Origin: Bacillota bacterium
GTDB lineage: Bacteria; Bacillota; Sulfobacillia; Fermentithermobacillales; Fermentithermobacillaceae
NCBI GenBank assembly: GCA_050260675.1
Contig: JBLNCN010000004.1
Span: forward strand, 3,211 to 67,210
Length of the DNA: 64,000 bases
Reading direction: 5' to 3'
The translations under genes and the position numbers were made by a program. Positions 9,172 to 20,576 of this stretch are shown here, piece after piece. The notes under the pieces are model-generated. The model was given only the letters and a program-made list of their open reading frames with translations. It was not told the DNA's origin and searched no databases. Position 1 is the first letter of the stretch. Each line of letters starts with the position of its first letter.

Positions 9172-10140
9172 TCATTCTGGGAGGTATTGCTCTGGATCAA
9201 CCGCATCGCCTTCCAACCGGACCTCATAATGCAGATGAGGTCCAGTGCTCACACCGGTGTTGCCCACACGAGCAATCGGGTTGCCCCGCTTGACCTCTTG
9301 ACCGGGTCTTACCAGTGTCGTTGAGCAATGCCCGTACAACGTCTCGATGCCGAAGCCATGGGCGATGACCACTCTAATGCCGTATCCACCCTCCCACCCC
9401 GCTGCCGTGACCGTGCCGTCGGCAGCCGCCTTAATGACCGCTCCGGCCGGCGCCGCCACATCAACCCCGCTGTGATAAGCGTTGACTTTCGTCATCGGAT
9501 GAACACGCCATCCAAACTGTGAGGTGATAGCGCCATCTACTGGGCGTATCGAGGGGGTAGCTCTCCGAAGGTCAACTTCCGCGGATACGTCGTGGGAAAC
9601 CAAAGATACGCTCTCCTCAAGATCAGCAGCCAGGAAACGCAATTGATCGGAGTCTTCGCGCAGGGACTCCACTGTCTTTGAGATTTCCCGAAATGAAGCC
9701 AATCGAGAGAGTCCTCCACGCGACACCGGGAGTAGACCATCAGGGGTCCTCGCACCTCTGGCCTGGCCGGCTTCTTGCTTCGAGATGCCCTCCTCGCGCA
9801 GGACATCCCTGAGCTCCTCAACTTCTAGCCACGCATCTTGGAGTCTGCTGTATAGGGCGCTGTACTCCTCCTGCAGACTCGCAACTTGGCTCCTGACGTT
9901 GTCCTCGAAAGCCTCAAGATGACGGTACTCTGAGATCCTGCGGCGAGCCAGAACATACCCGATCGAGAATACGGAGAGCATGAGAACGACAGCCAATGTG
10001 GTACACATCAGCGCTATGATGGCCCTCAGACTGATTCTTAACGTTAGCGTCTTGTCATATGCGCTGACCAGCATGAGAGTATAAACCCTGGAGGTATCAC
10101 ACTTGATCGCTGCGCGACGCGTTTTTCTCTGCCTCAGCAC
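9172..10140 (-). CDS. M23 family metallopeptidase with N-terminal TM and coiled coil
   Basis: HSGVD, GYG, YGH and STGPHLHYEV motifs. Confidence 0.9.
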   Translation of the reverse strand: MLRQRKTRRAAIKCDTSRVYTLMLVSAYDKTLTLRISLRAIIALMCTTLAVVLMLSVFSIGYVLARRRISEYRHLEAFEDNVRSQVASLQEEYSALYSRLQDAWLEVEELRDVLREEGISKQEAGQARGARTPDGLLPVSRGGLSRLASFREISKTVESLREDSDQLRFLAADLEESVSLVSHDVSAEVDLRRATPSIRPVDGAITSQFGWRVHPMTKVNAYHSGVDVAAPAGAVIKAAADGTVTAAGWEGGYGIRVVIAHGFGIETLYGHCSTTLVRPGQEVKRGNPIARVGNTGVSTGPHLHYEVRLEGDAVDPEQYLPE

Positions 10141-10430
10141 GGTTCGACAATCCCTCGATCACAAATCGCTCTTGCATATGCTATCTCGAACCGCTTGCTT
10201 TAGCAAGCAGATATGAGCATTGAAGGAGTAGTGCGTGATCTTGGGCGAAAGCGTAATCTGGTGTTGGGTCGCCGCATTTCTCTTACGGCGAGAGCTCTCA
10301 ATCGATCCAGTCTACCGGAAAGCTGGTGACTCAAACTCTCAGACTCTTGGCTCTCTTTTCGGAGAAGCTTAGGGACGCTGCTCCCTAACCGATAGTGAAT
10401 ATGAGATCCGTAGAGTTGGAGGTACTGCAT

Positions 10431-10853
10431 GTGAATGAGAATGACTGTCATGACCCCAAAGGGGGATCTTGTCGTGCAGACCAACCATCATCGTGCTTCG
10501 GCAAGCGCCTGCGAGAGCTGCGAATCAAGAGAGGGCTCTCGGTCAGGAGGCTGGCTCAGATGGCAGGTGTTTCTAACGCGTACTTATCTCAAGTTGAGAC
10601 CGGCAGCAGGAGAGTACCTTCGCCTCGGATCCTGAAGCGCTTGGCTGAACCTCTAGGCATCGCCCCAGACGAACTGTTAGATATCGCATGGCAGGTCTCC
10701 TCTCCTCGCTTGAAATGGCCTCAGACCACGATCGATATGAGCGAGCTGCTCAAGCAGGGAAACCTGACATTTGGTCGCTTCCCGCTATCTTCTGAGGATA
10801 TCGAAAAACTGAGGGGATACCTCGAAAGATACTTCTCCACGAGGGACAAATGA
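10431..10853 (+). CDS. XRE-family HTH regulator
   Basis: FGKRLRELRIKRGLSVRRLAQMAGVSNAYLSQVETG; GTG start after GGAGG. Confidence 0.88.
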   Translation: MNENDCHDPKGGSCRADQPSSCFGKRLRELRIKRGLSVRRLAQMAGVSNAYLSQVETGSRRVPSPRILKRLAEPLGIAPDELLDIAWQVSSPRLKWPQTTIDMSELLKQGNLTFGRFPLSSEDIEKLRGYLERYFSTRDK

Positions 10854-10922
10854 GTTGACGATGGGGCTCGACTTCACTCACCATGGCTAGAGCCCGCCCG
10901 GTATTGACACGAAGCACACTTA

Positions 10923-13900
10923 GTGTGGAGACTAAGGCGGAGCAGCATGGATCATCAGATCTCTAGCACAAGGCCTATGGAGTGTGGAGCACGAAGCATG
11001 GTTCGCGCAAAGGACTCAGCCTCGTTAGGACAGACCAGTCTTCCCGACTTGCCAGGGTACGTGATTCGAGACGAATTATATGCTGGTCTTCGAACCAGAA
11101 TATACCGTGGTTGGTCAGTCACGAGACAGGTGCCGGTCCTCATAAAGGCGCCAAAACCCCAGACGGCTTCCCTACCTGATGTAACCAACATCTTCTATGA
11201 ATATGAGATTACCCGAGACTTGGAGCTAGATGGTATCGCCAAGATCATCGAACTGGTAAACGTAGGTACGACTCTAGCAATCATCTTCGAAGACGCGGGA
11301 GCCATACCCCTAGCACAATACATCGAGGACAGGGCTGTTCGGATTCATGATTTTCTCGACATAGCTTTGCACTTGGTCGAGACGCTTGCACGACTACACC
11401 AAAGTGGCATAGTCCACAGGAACATCAGCGACGAAAGCATCCTTGTTCATCCGAAGACCAAGAGAGTGGCAATCACAGGCTTTGCTGCCGAGTCAACCGT
11501 GCCTCAACTGAAGTCTTTCACCGAGCTCGGGCACCCAGCGTACATGGCGCCCGAGCAGACTGGTTTAGGATCATATAACGTTGACCACCGGAGTGACTAC
11601 TACTCGCTCGGAGTAGTGTTCTACAAGATGCTGACTGGCAAGCTTCCGCTTGAGGCCACAAGCTCTTCCGAATGGATTCTGGTCCACGCTACTCAAGAAC
11701 CTACGCCACCTCACGCAGTGAACCCGAGAGTTCCCCGGGCGCTATCACACATAACGATGCGGATGCTGTCGAAGAGTCCGGACGAGCGGTATCAAAGCTC
11801 ATGGGGACTTATACGGGACCTGCGAGAATGCAGCGACCGGATGAACGCCGCCGATACTGCTGGACCTTTAGGTACCGGGCAGCCTGAGCTCCACCCCCGG
11901 TTTGCGCTGTCCCGGAAGCTGGTCGGTAGGCGCGAGCACGCAGCGATTCTGAAGAGAGCCCTTGATCAAGCCAGCCGAGGCAAGGGCGGAATCGTACTAT
12001 TGGGAGGCGAAGCGGGGATAGGGAAAACCAAACTGGTGAAGGAGGTCCTAAGGCCACTCGCTATCGAGAAAGGGTACTACGGTTATGGAAAGGCCGAACA
12101 GATCAAGCATCACACTCCCTATGCTTCTTTAGTCAGCGCTCTAGACATGATCGTGAGACAGCTCATAACAGATAGTGAATGCAACCTAGCGATGTGGAAA
12201 AACGAAATACTCAAGGCAGTGGGACGAAACGGAGCAGTGGTTACCGAACTCCTTCCTGATGTTGAGACGATAATTGGTCCGCAGCCCCAGCTTGAAGCAC
12301 TCAGTCCAAAAGAGGCGCAGAACCGATTCTTCATGGTCCTTGGGGATTTCTTGGGCGCTCTTGCCGGTCGAAGCGCTCCCCTCGTGCTGTTCCTCGATGA
12401 CCTACAGTGGATAGAAGTGGCTTCTCTGCAGCTCCTGCGCTACCTGTGCTTACGCCTCACGTGTTTTATGGTAGTCGGCGCCTATAGAGACAACGAAGTT
12501 GACAAATCCCATCCACTAACTGATTTTGTGCAGCATGTTCGCGGGAAAATCCCGGTTACAGAGCTCCATCTGGACCCCCTAAACGCAGAGGAAGTTGTCG
12601 AGTTTGTAGCAGACACCTTTGGTTGTCCATCGAAACAAATACAGCCTCTGGCCGCCATGTTGGAACGAAAAACCTATGGAAATCCCCTCTTTCTCGGGGA
12701 GTCGCTTAAAGCAATCTACGACGAGAGCGTCGTAAGGCTGAACGAGTATACGGGATACTGGGAGTGGAAAGCTGATTCGGTAGAGAGTTTGAAGATACCC
12801 GGTAGCATTGTGGAACTAATCCTAATGAGGCTAAACAGAATTCCACAAGCCTCTCTGGAACTCCTGAAACTAGCCTCCTGTCTGGGACATACCTTCGATC
12901 TCGAGTCCTTGTCGCTCATCAGCGAAATGACCCTCTCAGAGGCCTCTGCCCACTTGGCTCCTGCAATGAAGGAGGGCCTTGTGTTCCCGACTTCCGGGCA
13001 GAGCGACAACAGATCCTTCGAATTCAGTCATGACAGGATTCAGCAGTCCGTATACTCTTTGTTCTCGGAAGATGAAAGAAAGAAAGTGCACTTGAGGATC
13101 GGGCGGTTCATGCTGAGGGAAGTCTTGCCGGACGACCCTGACAACAGGGCGCTTCCCACCATGGACCACATTAACCGCAGTCTGGACTTGATAGACTGCC
13201 CTCGAGAAAGACTGCAATTCGCCGATTACAACCTTCGAGCAGGCCGAAAAGCAAAATCATCCGCTGCTCATGATTCCGCCTTGAGTTACTTCAGGGCTGG
13301 GAAGGAACTCCTTCCGGAAGATGCTTGGACCCAGCATTACAGCCTATGCTACGCTCTTCACCTCGAATGTGCCCAGTGTGAGTACATGATGGGCGGGAGC
13401 ACGGAAGCGGAGAATCTGCTCGATATACTGATCAATCATGCCAAGACCGAGTTGGAGAAGGCTGACATCCACAGCATGAGGATGGTACTGTACGCAGAAA
13501 CGGGAGACTATGGGAGGGCGCTGGAAACAGGCATTAACACCTTGAGCGCACTTGGCATGCCCGTGCCGGCGCGGCCTGCTGCACTGCATTACGTCAAGGA
13601 AGTCCTTCTCTATAAATGGCTCATGCTCAACAGAGGCGTCGAGTACCTCATCAACCTACCTGCAATAAGCGATGAGAAACAGAAGAAGGTCACCGAAGTA
13701 CTGGTCAAGTTCATACTTGTGACATGCACCAACTATCCCGACCTGTATGCTCTCACTATTATCAAAGCGGGAAACCACGCCATAAGGCACGGTGGTTCCG
13801 AAATGGCTCCCGTTGGTTACTTGGGTTTTGCAATAACCGAAGGGAGCGTACTGGGGAACTATGCAAGAGGGTATGAGTTGGGTAAGGCGGCTCTGTCAGT

Positions 13901-15656
13901 CATTGAACGATACGGCAAGAGTTTCGCCAGGTGTATCGTGTACTTCACCCTGGGCGCAATCATAAACCATTGGACGCACCACCTAGGAGATGGGCTTGAG
14001 TACTTAAGCAGAGCCGTCGAATACGCTTTGAGAGACGGGGAAGTAATCGTTGCCGGGTGGGCGTATGGGACGATCCTCGAGAACAAATACCTCATGGGAG
14101 CATCCCTAGATGAAGTCTTGGAAGAATCCAAGAAGTGTAGCGAGTATGCAGAGAGAGTAAGGCATGAGAACCTTTTGTTGAACGCACGGTCATATAGCCT
14201 TATCGCTTCCATCCTGAGGGGGTGGCGATTCCCTTCCGACGATCCTTGGGACAACGAAGACATCTCCAACGGCGATAAGGCCTCCCTGGCTGCCCACTAC
14301 TTCTGCCAAATGCAGATCTGCTACCTAAGGGGAGATTACACGAGAGCTCTTTCGATTGTGGAAGATGAACTCAGAGGGTGCCTCTCGGCTATAATGGGGT
14401 TTATGCTTTCAGCTGAATGCAACTATTACCATTCTCTTATTGTAGCAGGCATGTACCCCCGGGTGCGCTCGCGAGAGCGAAGAAGACTGATAAGATGCTT
14501 GCAGAAGAACCAACGGAAGATGGAAAAATGGTCGGATTCCTGTCCACAAAACTTCCTTCACAAGTATTGCCTGGTCAGGGCAGAACACCTCCGGATCTTG
14601 GGTAAGAACCAGGAAGCTGAGGTCTTCTATGACAAGGCAATTATCTCAGCACGAGACAATGGCTATTTGCAGGATGAGGCGATTGCGTGCGAGTTGGCTG
14701 CTGTATTCAGCGCCAATCGAGGTAGGATCAATGTCGCGAGAGCGTACATGAGCGATGCATGTAGGTTATACAAACAATGGGGGGCCACCTCCAAGGTTCA
14801 GGACCTAGTAGTGAGATACCCGGAACTGACGGACGAAGGGTCTCACCGGGAGAGCAGATGGAGGTCAACCAGTAACTTGGTCAGGAGTATCCTCGTGGAT
14901 CACGCCCACGAAGATACCAGGGATAACCAGCGAGATCTTAGCGCCGATCAAGAGTTGTTGCAGAGCGTAGTGGGTCAGACCGATCCCCGCAAAGCAATTG
15001 AGGCTTTCCTGAATTCTATCGCGAGCCTTACCTATGCCAACAAGGCTTATCTGGTATTAGAGTGGGAACAAAAGCTGGCTATATACTTTGCATGGGATAG
15101 TGAAGCGGGGGCCATGTCGATTCCGGAACCCACACCACTTGACCAGGCTGATGTGCTATGCAAAGCCATCGTACGACTTGCCTTCAGGACACTCAAACCT
15201 GTAATCGCCGACGAGGACCAACTCGCTGTGCTCAGCAAAGATCCGTATCTTAGTACAGCAAAGCCGAAATCGGTTGCGTGCATTCCGCTTCTGGCACAAG
15301 GCACTCCTATCGGTGCCCTCTATCTTGAGAATAGTTTTGTGCCAAACATCTTTACCCCTGGAAAGCTTGGACAGGCAGAGCTGTTGGCGAACCGGCTGTT
15401 TCACAGAAGATCTCTCAGACGGTTCCTCAGGCGAATCACCGGCGATAAGTCGTCGGTGCCGAGTGAGGTCCTCACCGAAAGGGAGATGGAAGTACTTGGG
15501 CTGATTTCTAGAGGGCTATCGAACAAAGAAATCGCTGACGCTCTAGACCTGACGATGAACACAGTCAAGACCCACATCAAGAACATCTACGGAAAACTCC
15601 AAGTCACTAGTAGGGTCCAAGCGGTACAGCGAGGGAAAGACTTGGAAGTACTGTAG
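10923..15656 (+). CDS. Ser/Thr (pseudo)kinase - AAA/STAND ATPase - helical repeats - GAF - LuxR HTH regulator
   Basis: [22 protein letters not shown]; Walker A GEAGIGKT and Walker B LFLDDLQW; [18 protein letters not shown]; C-terminal [30 protein letters not shown]. Exact start uncertain. Confidence 0.9.
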   Translation: MWRLRRSSMDHQISSTRPMECGARSMVRAKDSASLGQTSLPDLPGYVIRDELYAGLRTRIYRGWSVTRQVPVLIKAPKPQTASLPDVTNIFYEYEITRDLELDGIAKIIELVNVGTTLAIIFEDAGAIPLAQYIEDRAVRIHDFLDIALHLVETLARLHQSGIVHRNISDESILVHPKTKRVAITGFAAESTVPQLKSFTELGHPAYMAPEQTGLGSYNVDHRSDYYSLGVVFYKMLTGKLPLEATSSSEWILVHATQEPTPPHAVNPRVPRALSHITMRMLSKSPDERYQSSWGLIRDLRECSDRMNAADTAGPLGTGQPELHPRFALSRKLVGRREHAAILKRALDQASRGKGGIVLLGGEAGIGKTKLVKEVLRPLAIEKGYYGYGKAEQIKHHTPYASLVSALDMIVRQLITDSECNLAMWKNEILKAVGRNGAVVTELLPDVETIIGPQPQLEALSPKEAQNRFFMVLGDFLGALAGRSAPLVLFLDDLQWIEVASLQLLRYLCLRLTCFMVVGAYRDNEVDKSHPLTDFVQHVRGKIPVTELHLDPLNAEEVVEFVADTFGCPSKQIQPLAAMLERKTYGNPLFLGESLKAIYDESVVRLNEYTGYWEWKADSVESLKIPGSIVELILMRLNRIPQASLELLKLASCLGHTFDLESLSLISEMTLSEASAHLAPAMKEGLVFPTSGQSDNRSFEFSHDRIQQSVYSLFSEDERKKVHLRIGRFMLREVLPDDPDNRALPTMDHINRSLDLIDCPRERLQFADYNLRAGRKAKSSAAHDSALSYFRAGKELLPEDAWTQHYSLCYALHLECAQCEYMMGGSTEAENLLDILINHAKTELEKADIHSMRMVLYAETGDYGRALETGINTLSALGMPVPARPAALHYVKEVLLYKWLMLNRGVEYLINLPAISDEKQKKVTEVLVKFILVTCTNYPDLYALTIIKAGNHAIRHGGSEMAPVGYLGFAITEGSVLGNYARGYELGKAALSVIERYGKSFARCIVYFTLGAIINHWTHHLGDGLEYLSRAVEYALRDGEVIVAGWAYGTILENKYLMGASLDEVLEESKKCSEYAERVRHENLLLNARSYSLIASILRGWRFPSDDPWDNEDISNGDKASLAAHYFCQMQICYLRGDYTRALSIVEDELRGCLSAIMGFMLSAECNYYHSLIVAGMYPRVRSRERRRLIRCLQKNQRKMEKWSDSCPQNFLHKYCLVRAEHLRILGKNQEAEVFYDKAIISARDNGYLQDEAIACELAAVFSANRGRINVARAYMSDACRLYKQWGATSKVQDLVVRYPELTDEGSHRESRWRSTSNLVRSILVDHAHEDTRDNQRDLSADQELLQSVVGQTDPRKAIEAFLNSIASLTYANKAYLVLEWEQKLAIYFAWDSEAGAMSIPEPTPLDQADVLCKAIVRLAFRTLKPVIADEDQLAVLSKDPYLSTAKPKSVACIPLLAQGTPIGALYLENSFVPNIFTPGKLGQAELLANRLFHRRSLRRFLRRITGDKSSVPSEVLTEREMEVLGLISRGLSNKEIADALDLTMNTVKTHIKNIYGKLQVTSRVQAVQRGKDLEVL

Positions 15657-15702
15657 CGAACTAGCACCTCCTGAACCTCTGGAGCCAGATTGCTTCGCTG
15701 AC

Positions 15703-15718
15703 TCACCCCTTTGGGTGA
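15703..15718. promoter_or_regulatory. Palindrome TCACCC-CTTT-GGGTGA, candidate LuxR-type operator
   Basis: Perfect 6-4-6 inverted repeat between the LuxR-domain gene and the next gene. Confidence 0.55.
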
Positions 15719-15806
15719 TTTCTTTCTTGTGCATGTCATTTAGACTCCTTAGCGCAACTGCGCTCTAGCGCATGTCGAAATCTGTGACTCCGGGGAGGTT
15801 ATCGAC

Positions 15807-16469
15807 GTGATCAACAAGTCTTTCTTTCGAAGAATCCTTGGCATCGTGAAGAAGGACAAACCATCTAGCAAGGAAAAGGAAAAGCAACAGGCAGTTGGTT
15901 TTGGCAACGGCAGCAAGAAAGCGCTGCCCGAAAAACCAATGAGAGAAGCCACCGACCGTGAGCCGACCGCGCTTAAGGCCGCAATTGAAACAGCACCGAA
16001 GAGCTCGCAGAATGGCTCGGAGAATAGCGGTCAGGGGTACATGAGCCTGACTTCGGTCAACGGGATCTACCAACTGAACAAGATCTCTTGCGAGGGCATT
16101 GGCACAGTATTCATGGCGGAGGTCTATTTGAAGACTCTGCCCGATCACCTGCCCTCAGAAGTAAAGAGAAAGACAGTCATAGACATAATCCGGTCTACGG
16201 GTGTGACCACCAACCACCTACGCGAAGACGGCGAAAAGAGAAAGCGGGTCCTCGCGGATTATCTCGAGGAATTTTCCCAGACTACCAACCGACTCGTTGA
16301 GGACCATCAGGCGGAGATCCGGAAACTGACGGGCCAGATCAAAGAACACGAGAAGGCCATCCTTGAGCGAAAGGAACTCCAGAAGGAACAGGCCGCGCTT
16401 GTTAACTTCGAGAACCAGAGACTTCAGGGAATTATCGATTTCCTGGGAGGAGACCCGGCGAGAAAGTAA
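15807..16469 (+). CDS. Hypothetical protein with C-terminal coiled coil
   Basis: 220 aa, GGAGG RBS, charged heptad-rich C-terminus, LKTLP..LPSEVKRKTV core. Confidence 0.75.
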   Translation: MINKSFFRRILGIVKKDKPSSKEKEKQQAVGFGNGSKKALPEKPMREATDREPTALKAAIETAPKSSQNGSENSGQGYMSLTSVNGIYQLNKISCEGIGTVFMAEVYLKTLPDHLPSEVKRKTVIDIIRSTGVTTNHLREDGEKRKRVLADYLEEFSQTTNRLVEDHQAEIRKLTGQIKEHEKAILERKELQKEQAALVNFENQRLQGIIDFLGGDPARK

Positions 16470-16556
16470 GCGAGAGCGGTGCAGATAGCATCCACCGGTT
16501 CCGTCCTGAAATACCGTCAATTGTGATCTTTTCCCCGAAAAGGCGGTGTATTCGGC

Positions 16557-17045
16557 ATGCAATCAGATGGAGTACTGAAGGCCATACTTGAGCAGGTTAG
16601 TCCACCTACGCCACTCGATTCAGATACAGCGGACTATGTGGTTAATCAGATCATGAAGTCTTGGGCAATCTTGTCGAAGGGCTTTTCCGGACAGACGGAA
16701 CGCATGGACGAAGTGTTCATCGAGCTCTTTCTTAAGTCCAGAGTGCCTTGGGTACGTCAATGGTGGGTATACGATAGCCGGTTGATGTGCGTTTCGCTAG
16801 GTCCCAACGGCAAGATATCGACTACGTGCACTCTTGGCCTTACCAGCGTTTCAAGGGTGGAACTCAAGATGAATTGGCCCGCAGGCATCGGGAAACTGGC
16901 CATCCATAGCATTGACGGGAATACCACCGTGATTCGGCAAACAGTGCGGATCCAACAATGTACTCCCGCAGACTCGAGCCAGCTAGCCCCGCGCGTCAGA
17001 AGGTTTGTAAGTCTGGCAAGCATACTGCAGGCGCATGTGATGTAG
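16557..17045 (+). CDS. Hypothetical protein
   Basis: 162-aa ORF with AAGGCGG RBS-like sequence; no motif recognised. Confidence 0.5.
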   Translation: MQSDGVLKAILEQVSPPTPLDSDTADYVVNQIMKSWAILSKGFSGQTERMDEVFIELFLKSRVPWVRQWWVYDSRLMCVSLGPNGKISTTCTLGLTSVSRVELKMNWPAGIGKLAIHSIDGNTTVIRQTVRIQQCTPADSSQLAPRVRRFVSLASILQAHVM

Positions 17046-17123
17046 GCGCTATTAGACTCCAAACCTCACCTGCTCTGTTGTCGTCGGGGGAAACCCCGAA
17101 ATACAGGTCAGTCGCGGAGAGGT

Positions 17124-17190
17124 GCATCCGGCCCGCCAGGCTGAGCCCCGGATGCGGGAGATTTCCGCATCCGGCCGGCCAGGCTGGGCC
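17124..17190. repeat. REP-like nested direct and inverted repeats between convergent genes
   Basis: GCATCCGGCC(C/G)GCCAGGCTG(A/G)GCC twice, plus CCGGATGCGG/CCGCATCCGG inverted pair. Confidence 0.6.
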
Positions 17191-17214
17191 GCTTCCGACC
17201 GGCATAAGATGCCT

Positions 17215-17955
17215 TCATTTAAGGAACCTTGCCACATAGGAAATCGCCGCAAGGAGCCCGTCTGAGGCATTGTGTGCCAAGATGGGCCCCAACAGGCTTC
17301 CCGTATTGCGGTACATGACGGAGTAGAAGATGCCTAACGCAAATGCGATGGTGAGCTGCACGGGGTCCAGATGGGTTATCCTGAACGGCGAGACTGTGAA
17401 CCCTATGTGGGCCAGTGAGAACACGATGGCGCTGATGACGTCCGCAGAGGACACGGTGAACTCAGGGAATCGCACCTCTCCCTTCCAGGACCTGTCCAGA
17501 ATAGCCGTGGTGAGAGATCTGAACAGCAGCTCCTCGGAGATGCCCGGCATTGTGAACATGAACAGGAGGTTGCCGGTTATACTCCGCGCCGTCGCCGGGT
17601 GGCTGACGGCTTCTTGCAGCGATGAGGACGGCGTCAAGAGCCAGTTGACGATTACGCCGTACACAGCGCATCCGAGACAGAACCTCCAGAACACTCTCAT
17701 TGACCAGTCGCTATTGTTAAGGTTTAGGCCCCACTGGGCCACCGTCCGCTTCCACGTCAGGCTGAGCGCGGCGATCACTGCTATAGTCAAAGCAGCCTGC
17801 GCTATGTGATGCAGGAAGCCCCATGCGAACACACCATCAGGATCAAGATCCGCAAACCAACCGATCGCCGTATCGGCGAAACACGAGGATAGGAGAGGGA
17901 TAAGGTAGACCAACAACGCCACATAGACGATGTCTCGGATCTTGCTTGCCGCCAC
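17215..17955 (-). CDS. CPBP (Abi/CAAX) intramembrane metalloprotease
   Basis: SEELLFR, FSLAH and ILAHNASD motifs; GTG start at 17955 after AGGAGG. Confidence 0.88.
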   Translation of the reverse strand: MAASKIRDIVYVALLVYLIPLLSSCFADTAIGWFADLDPDGVFAWGFLHHIAQAALTIAVIAALSLTWKRTVAQWGLNLNNSDWSMRVFWRFCLGCAVYGVIVNWLLTPSSSLQEAVSHPATARSITGNLLFMFTMPGISEELLFRSLTTAILDRSWKGEVRFPEFTVSSADVISAIVFSLAHIGFTVSPFRITHLDPVQLTIAFALGIFYSVMYRNTGSLLGPILAHNASDGLLAAISYVARFLK

Positions 17956-17998
17956 CGGATACCCTCCTTTCCCTGCCGCGATAGTCCTGCGGAGCCTT

Positions 17999-19492
17999 CT
18001 AGATGCCGGTAAAAGGCACTTTCTCCCGCTTGCAGATACGCATGATCGTGTCTTTACCCGTGATAACTGCCACAGGAAGTCCTCCGGGAGGCTGCAGCCA
18101 TTGGCCACTCAAATAGACATTGTCCAAACCCCTGATCCGGCCTGTATGGGCCAGGGCTTTTCCACGGACGGTCGGCAGGAACGACATAAACGCCCCGCGG
18201 TAGGCATTGCAGTACCGCTCATATGTCTTGGGGGTGGCGACATCCAGCAGGCTGAGCCTGCCCTTCATCTCCCCAAAGCGTGTCTCGACTGCTCGGAGAA
18301 CCTCTCCGCCGACCCTCGACTTCTCGCTTTGATAGCGCTCGCGGTCTCTCGCCAGCGCGTCCCATGCGTCGTAGTCCTGGGAGAACTGGTTTATCGCGCA
18401 GGTGATAAGCGTCTTGCCCTCCGGAGCGAACGATGGCTCATGCCGGAAATGGGTTATTGTCAATCGTTCGATCGCCCTCTCGCCAACGCGGAAGGGGGCT
18501 ACCGGGAATGACACGCTACGGGGTACAGAGTGAATAATCCCATCGTAGCCCAGACTCACAAGGACCTGAGACGCGAGAGGATAGTCCTTCGGGTTCCGGT
18601 ACCGATCCTGGAAAGACCTATCAGGATACTTCCCAAGGAGCAGCCGCTCAAAGAGAACATTAGCGTCACAAGCGGCCACGAAATAGTCACCTTCGAAGGA
18701 TTCGCCGCTCCGGCTGACGGCACGCGAGGCTCTCCCGGATTCCACGATAAGTTTGGATACCTGACACCCGGTCTTCATGAGACCACCGAGGCTTAGGTAG
18801 CGCTCCGCCATCCGAGCGGCAAACGCTCTCGACCCTCCGCGAGGGACGGAAGCCTGGCCTTTAGCGAACGCTGCGAGAGCGAACAGAACCGATGAAGCGC
18901 TGTAGCCGTCGGGCAAGAATGAGGCCAGGGCGGCCCTCAGGGCAGGGTGCCGAAAAGTCTGGGCGTAGTCCTTGAGGCTGGTCTTGCCGTACTTGCGCAT
19001 GACCATGCCGGCAGACTTCATCGCGGCAAACACCCTGATATTCTCCGCGAGAGACATCATGTCAAACGGCTTGTCGACGGGCTCCTCGTAGGACTGCAGC
19101 TGCAAGATTAGGTAGCAGAACTCCTCAATAGCATCCCGGTCCTCTGGCGATATGCTGAGCCAGCTCGACTTTAAGCGATCGAGATCGCGGTACATGGTCA
19201 CCGTAACGCCGTCGTGCTCAAAAGCCAGGAAACTATCAGGATGATAGATTTCGACTCCGTCCAACGCGCCGACCGCCATCCAGAGCCTATGGAGCGGGGT
19301 CCCTTCCTTGGTCCCCACCAGCCAATGGATGCAGCCGTCGATGTGGTAACCTTCGCGATCCCAGCCGGTGCACTCTCCGCCCGGCGCGCTGTTCTTCTCA
19401 AGGATCACGCATTCAAAGCCGTTCTTGCGGGCGAAGATGCCGGCCGACATACCGGCGATTCCGCCTCCGATGATAACGATCCTCTTCACCAT
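17999..19492 (-). CDS. Phytoene desaturase-family FAD-dependent oxidoreductase
   Basis: IIGGGIAG..LEKN..PGG, DVATPKTYERY, YLSGQW..PPGGLP. Confidence 0.85.
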   Translation of the reverse strand: MVKRIVIIGGGIAGMSAGIFARKNGFECVILEKNSAPGGECTGWDREGYHIDGCIHWLVGTKEGTPLHRLWMAVGALDGVEIYHPDSFLAFEHDGVTVTMYRDLDRLKSSWLSISPEDRDAIEEFCYLILQLQSYEEPVDKPFDMMSLAENIRVFAAMKSAGMVMRKYGKTSLKDYAQTFRHPALRAALASFLPDGYSASSVLFALAAFAKGQASVPRGGSRAFAARMAERYLSLGGLMKTGCQVSKLIVESGRASRAVSRSGESFEGDYFVAACDANVLFERLLLGKYPDRSFQDRYRNPKDYPLASQVLVSLGYDGIIHSVPRSVSFPVAPFRVGERAIERLTITHFRHEPSFAPEGKTLITCAINQFSQDYDAWDALARDRERYQSEKSRVGGEVLRAVETRFGEMKGRLSLLDVATPKTYERYCNAYRGAFMSFLPTVRGKALAHTGRIRGLDNVYLSGQWLQPPGGLPVAVITGKDTIMRICKREKVPFTGI

Positions 19493-19736
19493 GGAGCCCC
19501 CCTGCTGCTCAATGTGTTTGGGCGAATCCTGGGGCCTCTCGGACCCAATGAGGCGGCCTAATGTTAGCAGGATAAGGTCATGGCGATCGTCACTCGAAAG
19601 AGTGAATTGGGCGAGCGATCCGGCGCTGCCTTGGGTATCGGCCGGCTCTACCGAAGTTCACCCGTTCGAGTGACGATAACTCCCCCTCTCCTTTGGTACC
19701 ATTGTGGCGTTTCCAGGGAGAAAGGGAGAGATCCGC

Positions 19737-20558
19737 ATGAAAAGCTCATCAGGCATCATCTTGGTGTTTGGAGCCCTCTTGGTGGTAACCTTTGCCGGCA
19801 TCCTGGTCCACCAGGTCACGGGATATAGCTATCCGGTATCGTCGCCTGCTATGGACTTCGAGCTGAACGTGCTGGGAGACCTGTACGAGGCTGCCTTGCT
19901 GGTCCCGTTAGGGGTACTCGCCATCGTGGCCGTCCGCAAGGGAAACAGATACGCTCCAATCCTCATCACGTTCGTTACGGTCCATTTCACCTACAACTAC
20001 GCGATGGCTGTAACCGGGCGCCAGAACCTGTGGATCTTCGTCTGGATCGCCAAACTCTCATTGTCGGCTGTTGTCTTGTGCCTCGTATCCCCCATGCTGC
20101 CGGCCCCCGCCGGCCTCCGCCGGGGTCCTCGACTGGCCATGGCAGCCTATCTGGTCCTGGTTGTGCTGGCGTTTTCCGGGATGATGGGGGAGCGGCTATG
20201 GGCCAGCGCCTCCGGCCAGGCAGTCGACATGACTATGCAGCAATTCGGCTCTGTGGACTGGGGCGATCCCGTCCTTAGGGATCCGGTGGTCTTCTTCTCC
20301 ATGGTGGTCCCGGCGATGGCGGCAGGGATCATTGGCCTCCTAAAGAAAGCAGAGTGGGGAGCCAAAGCCGCAGCCGCTTCCTGTACCTTCACGGTGAGTA
20401 TCGTCACCGTGATCCTATTCACCGGTCCGCTAAAGGAGCTCCTGATGGCCGGGCGTGTCTCCGGACCCATGCTCGCGATGTCAGGCGTCATGCTGCTTGC
20501 CGCGGGACCTGCGGCGTGGTTCGTTACCTTGCTCACCAAGGAGCAGGCGTTGTCCTAG
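19737..20558 (+). CDS. Polytopic membrane protein, unknown function
   Basis: About 8 hydrophobic segments; AAGGGAG RBS. Confidence 0.75.
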   Translation: MKSSSGIILVFGALLVVTFAGILVHQVTGYSYPVSSPAMDFELNVLGDLYEAALLVPLGVLAIVAVRKGNRYAPILITFVTVHFTYNYAMAVTGRQNLWIFVWIAKLSLSAVVLCLVSPMLPAPAGLRRGPRLAMAAYLVLVVLAFSGMMGERLWASASGQAVDMTMQQFGSVDWGDPVLRDPVVFFSMVVPAMAAGIIGLLKKAEWGAKAAAASCTFTVSIVTVILFTGPLKELLMAGRVSGPMLAMSGVMLLAAGPAAWFVTLLTKEQALS

Positions 20559-20576
20559 AGAACGGAGGTGCCCAAG

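Noticed and set aside
17999-19492. Carotenoid biosynthesis cluster
   Set aside because: No phytoene synthase or prenyltransferase nearby; stand-alone members of this family are common in anaerobes.
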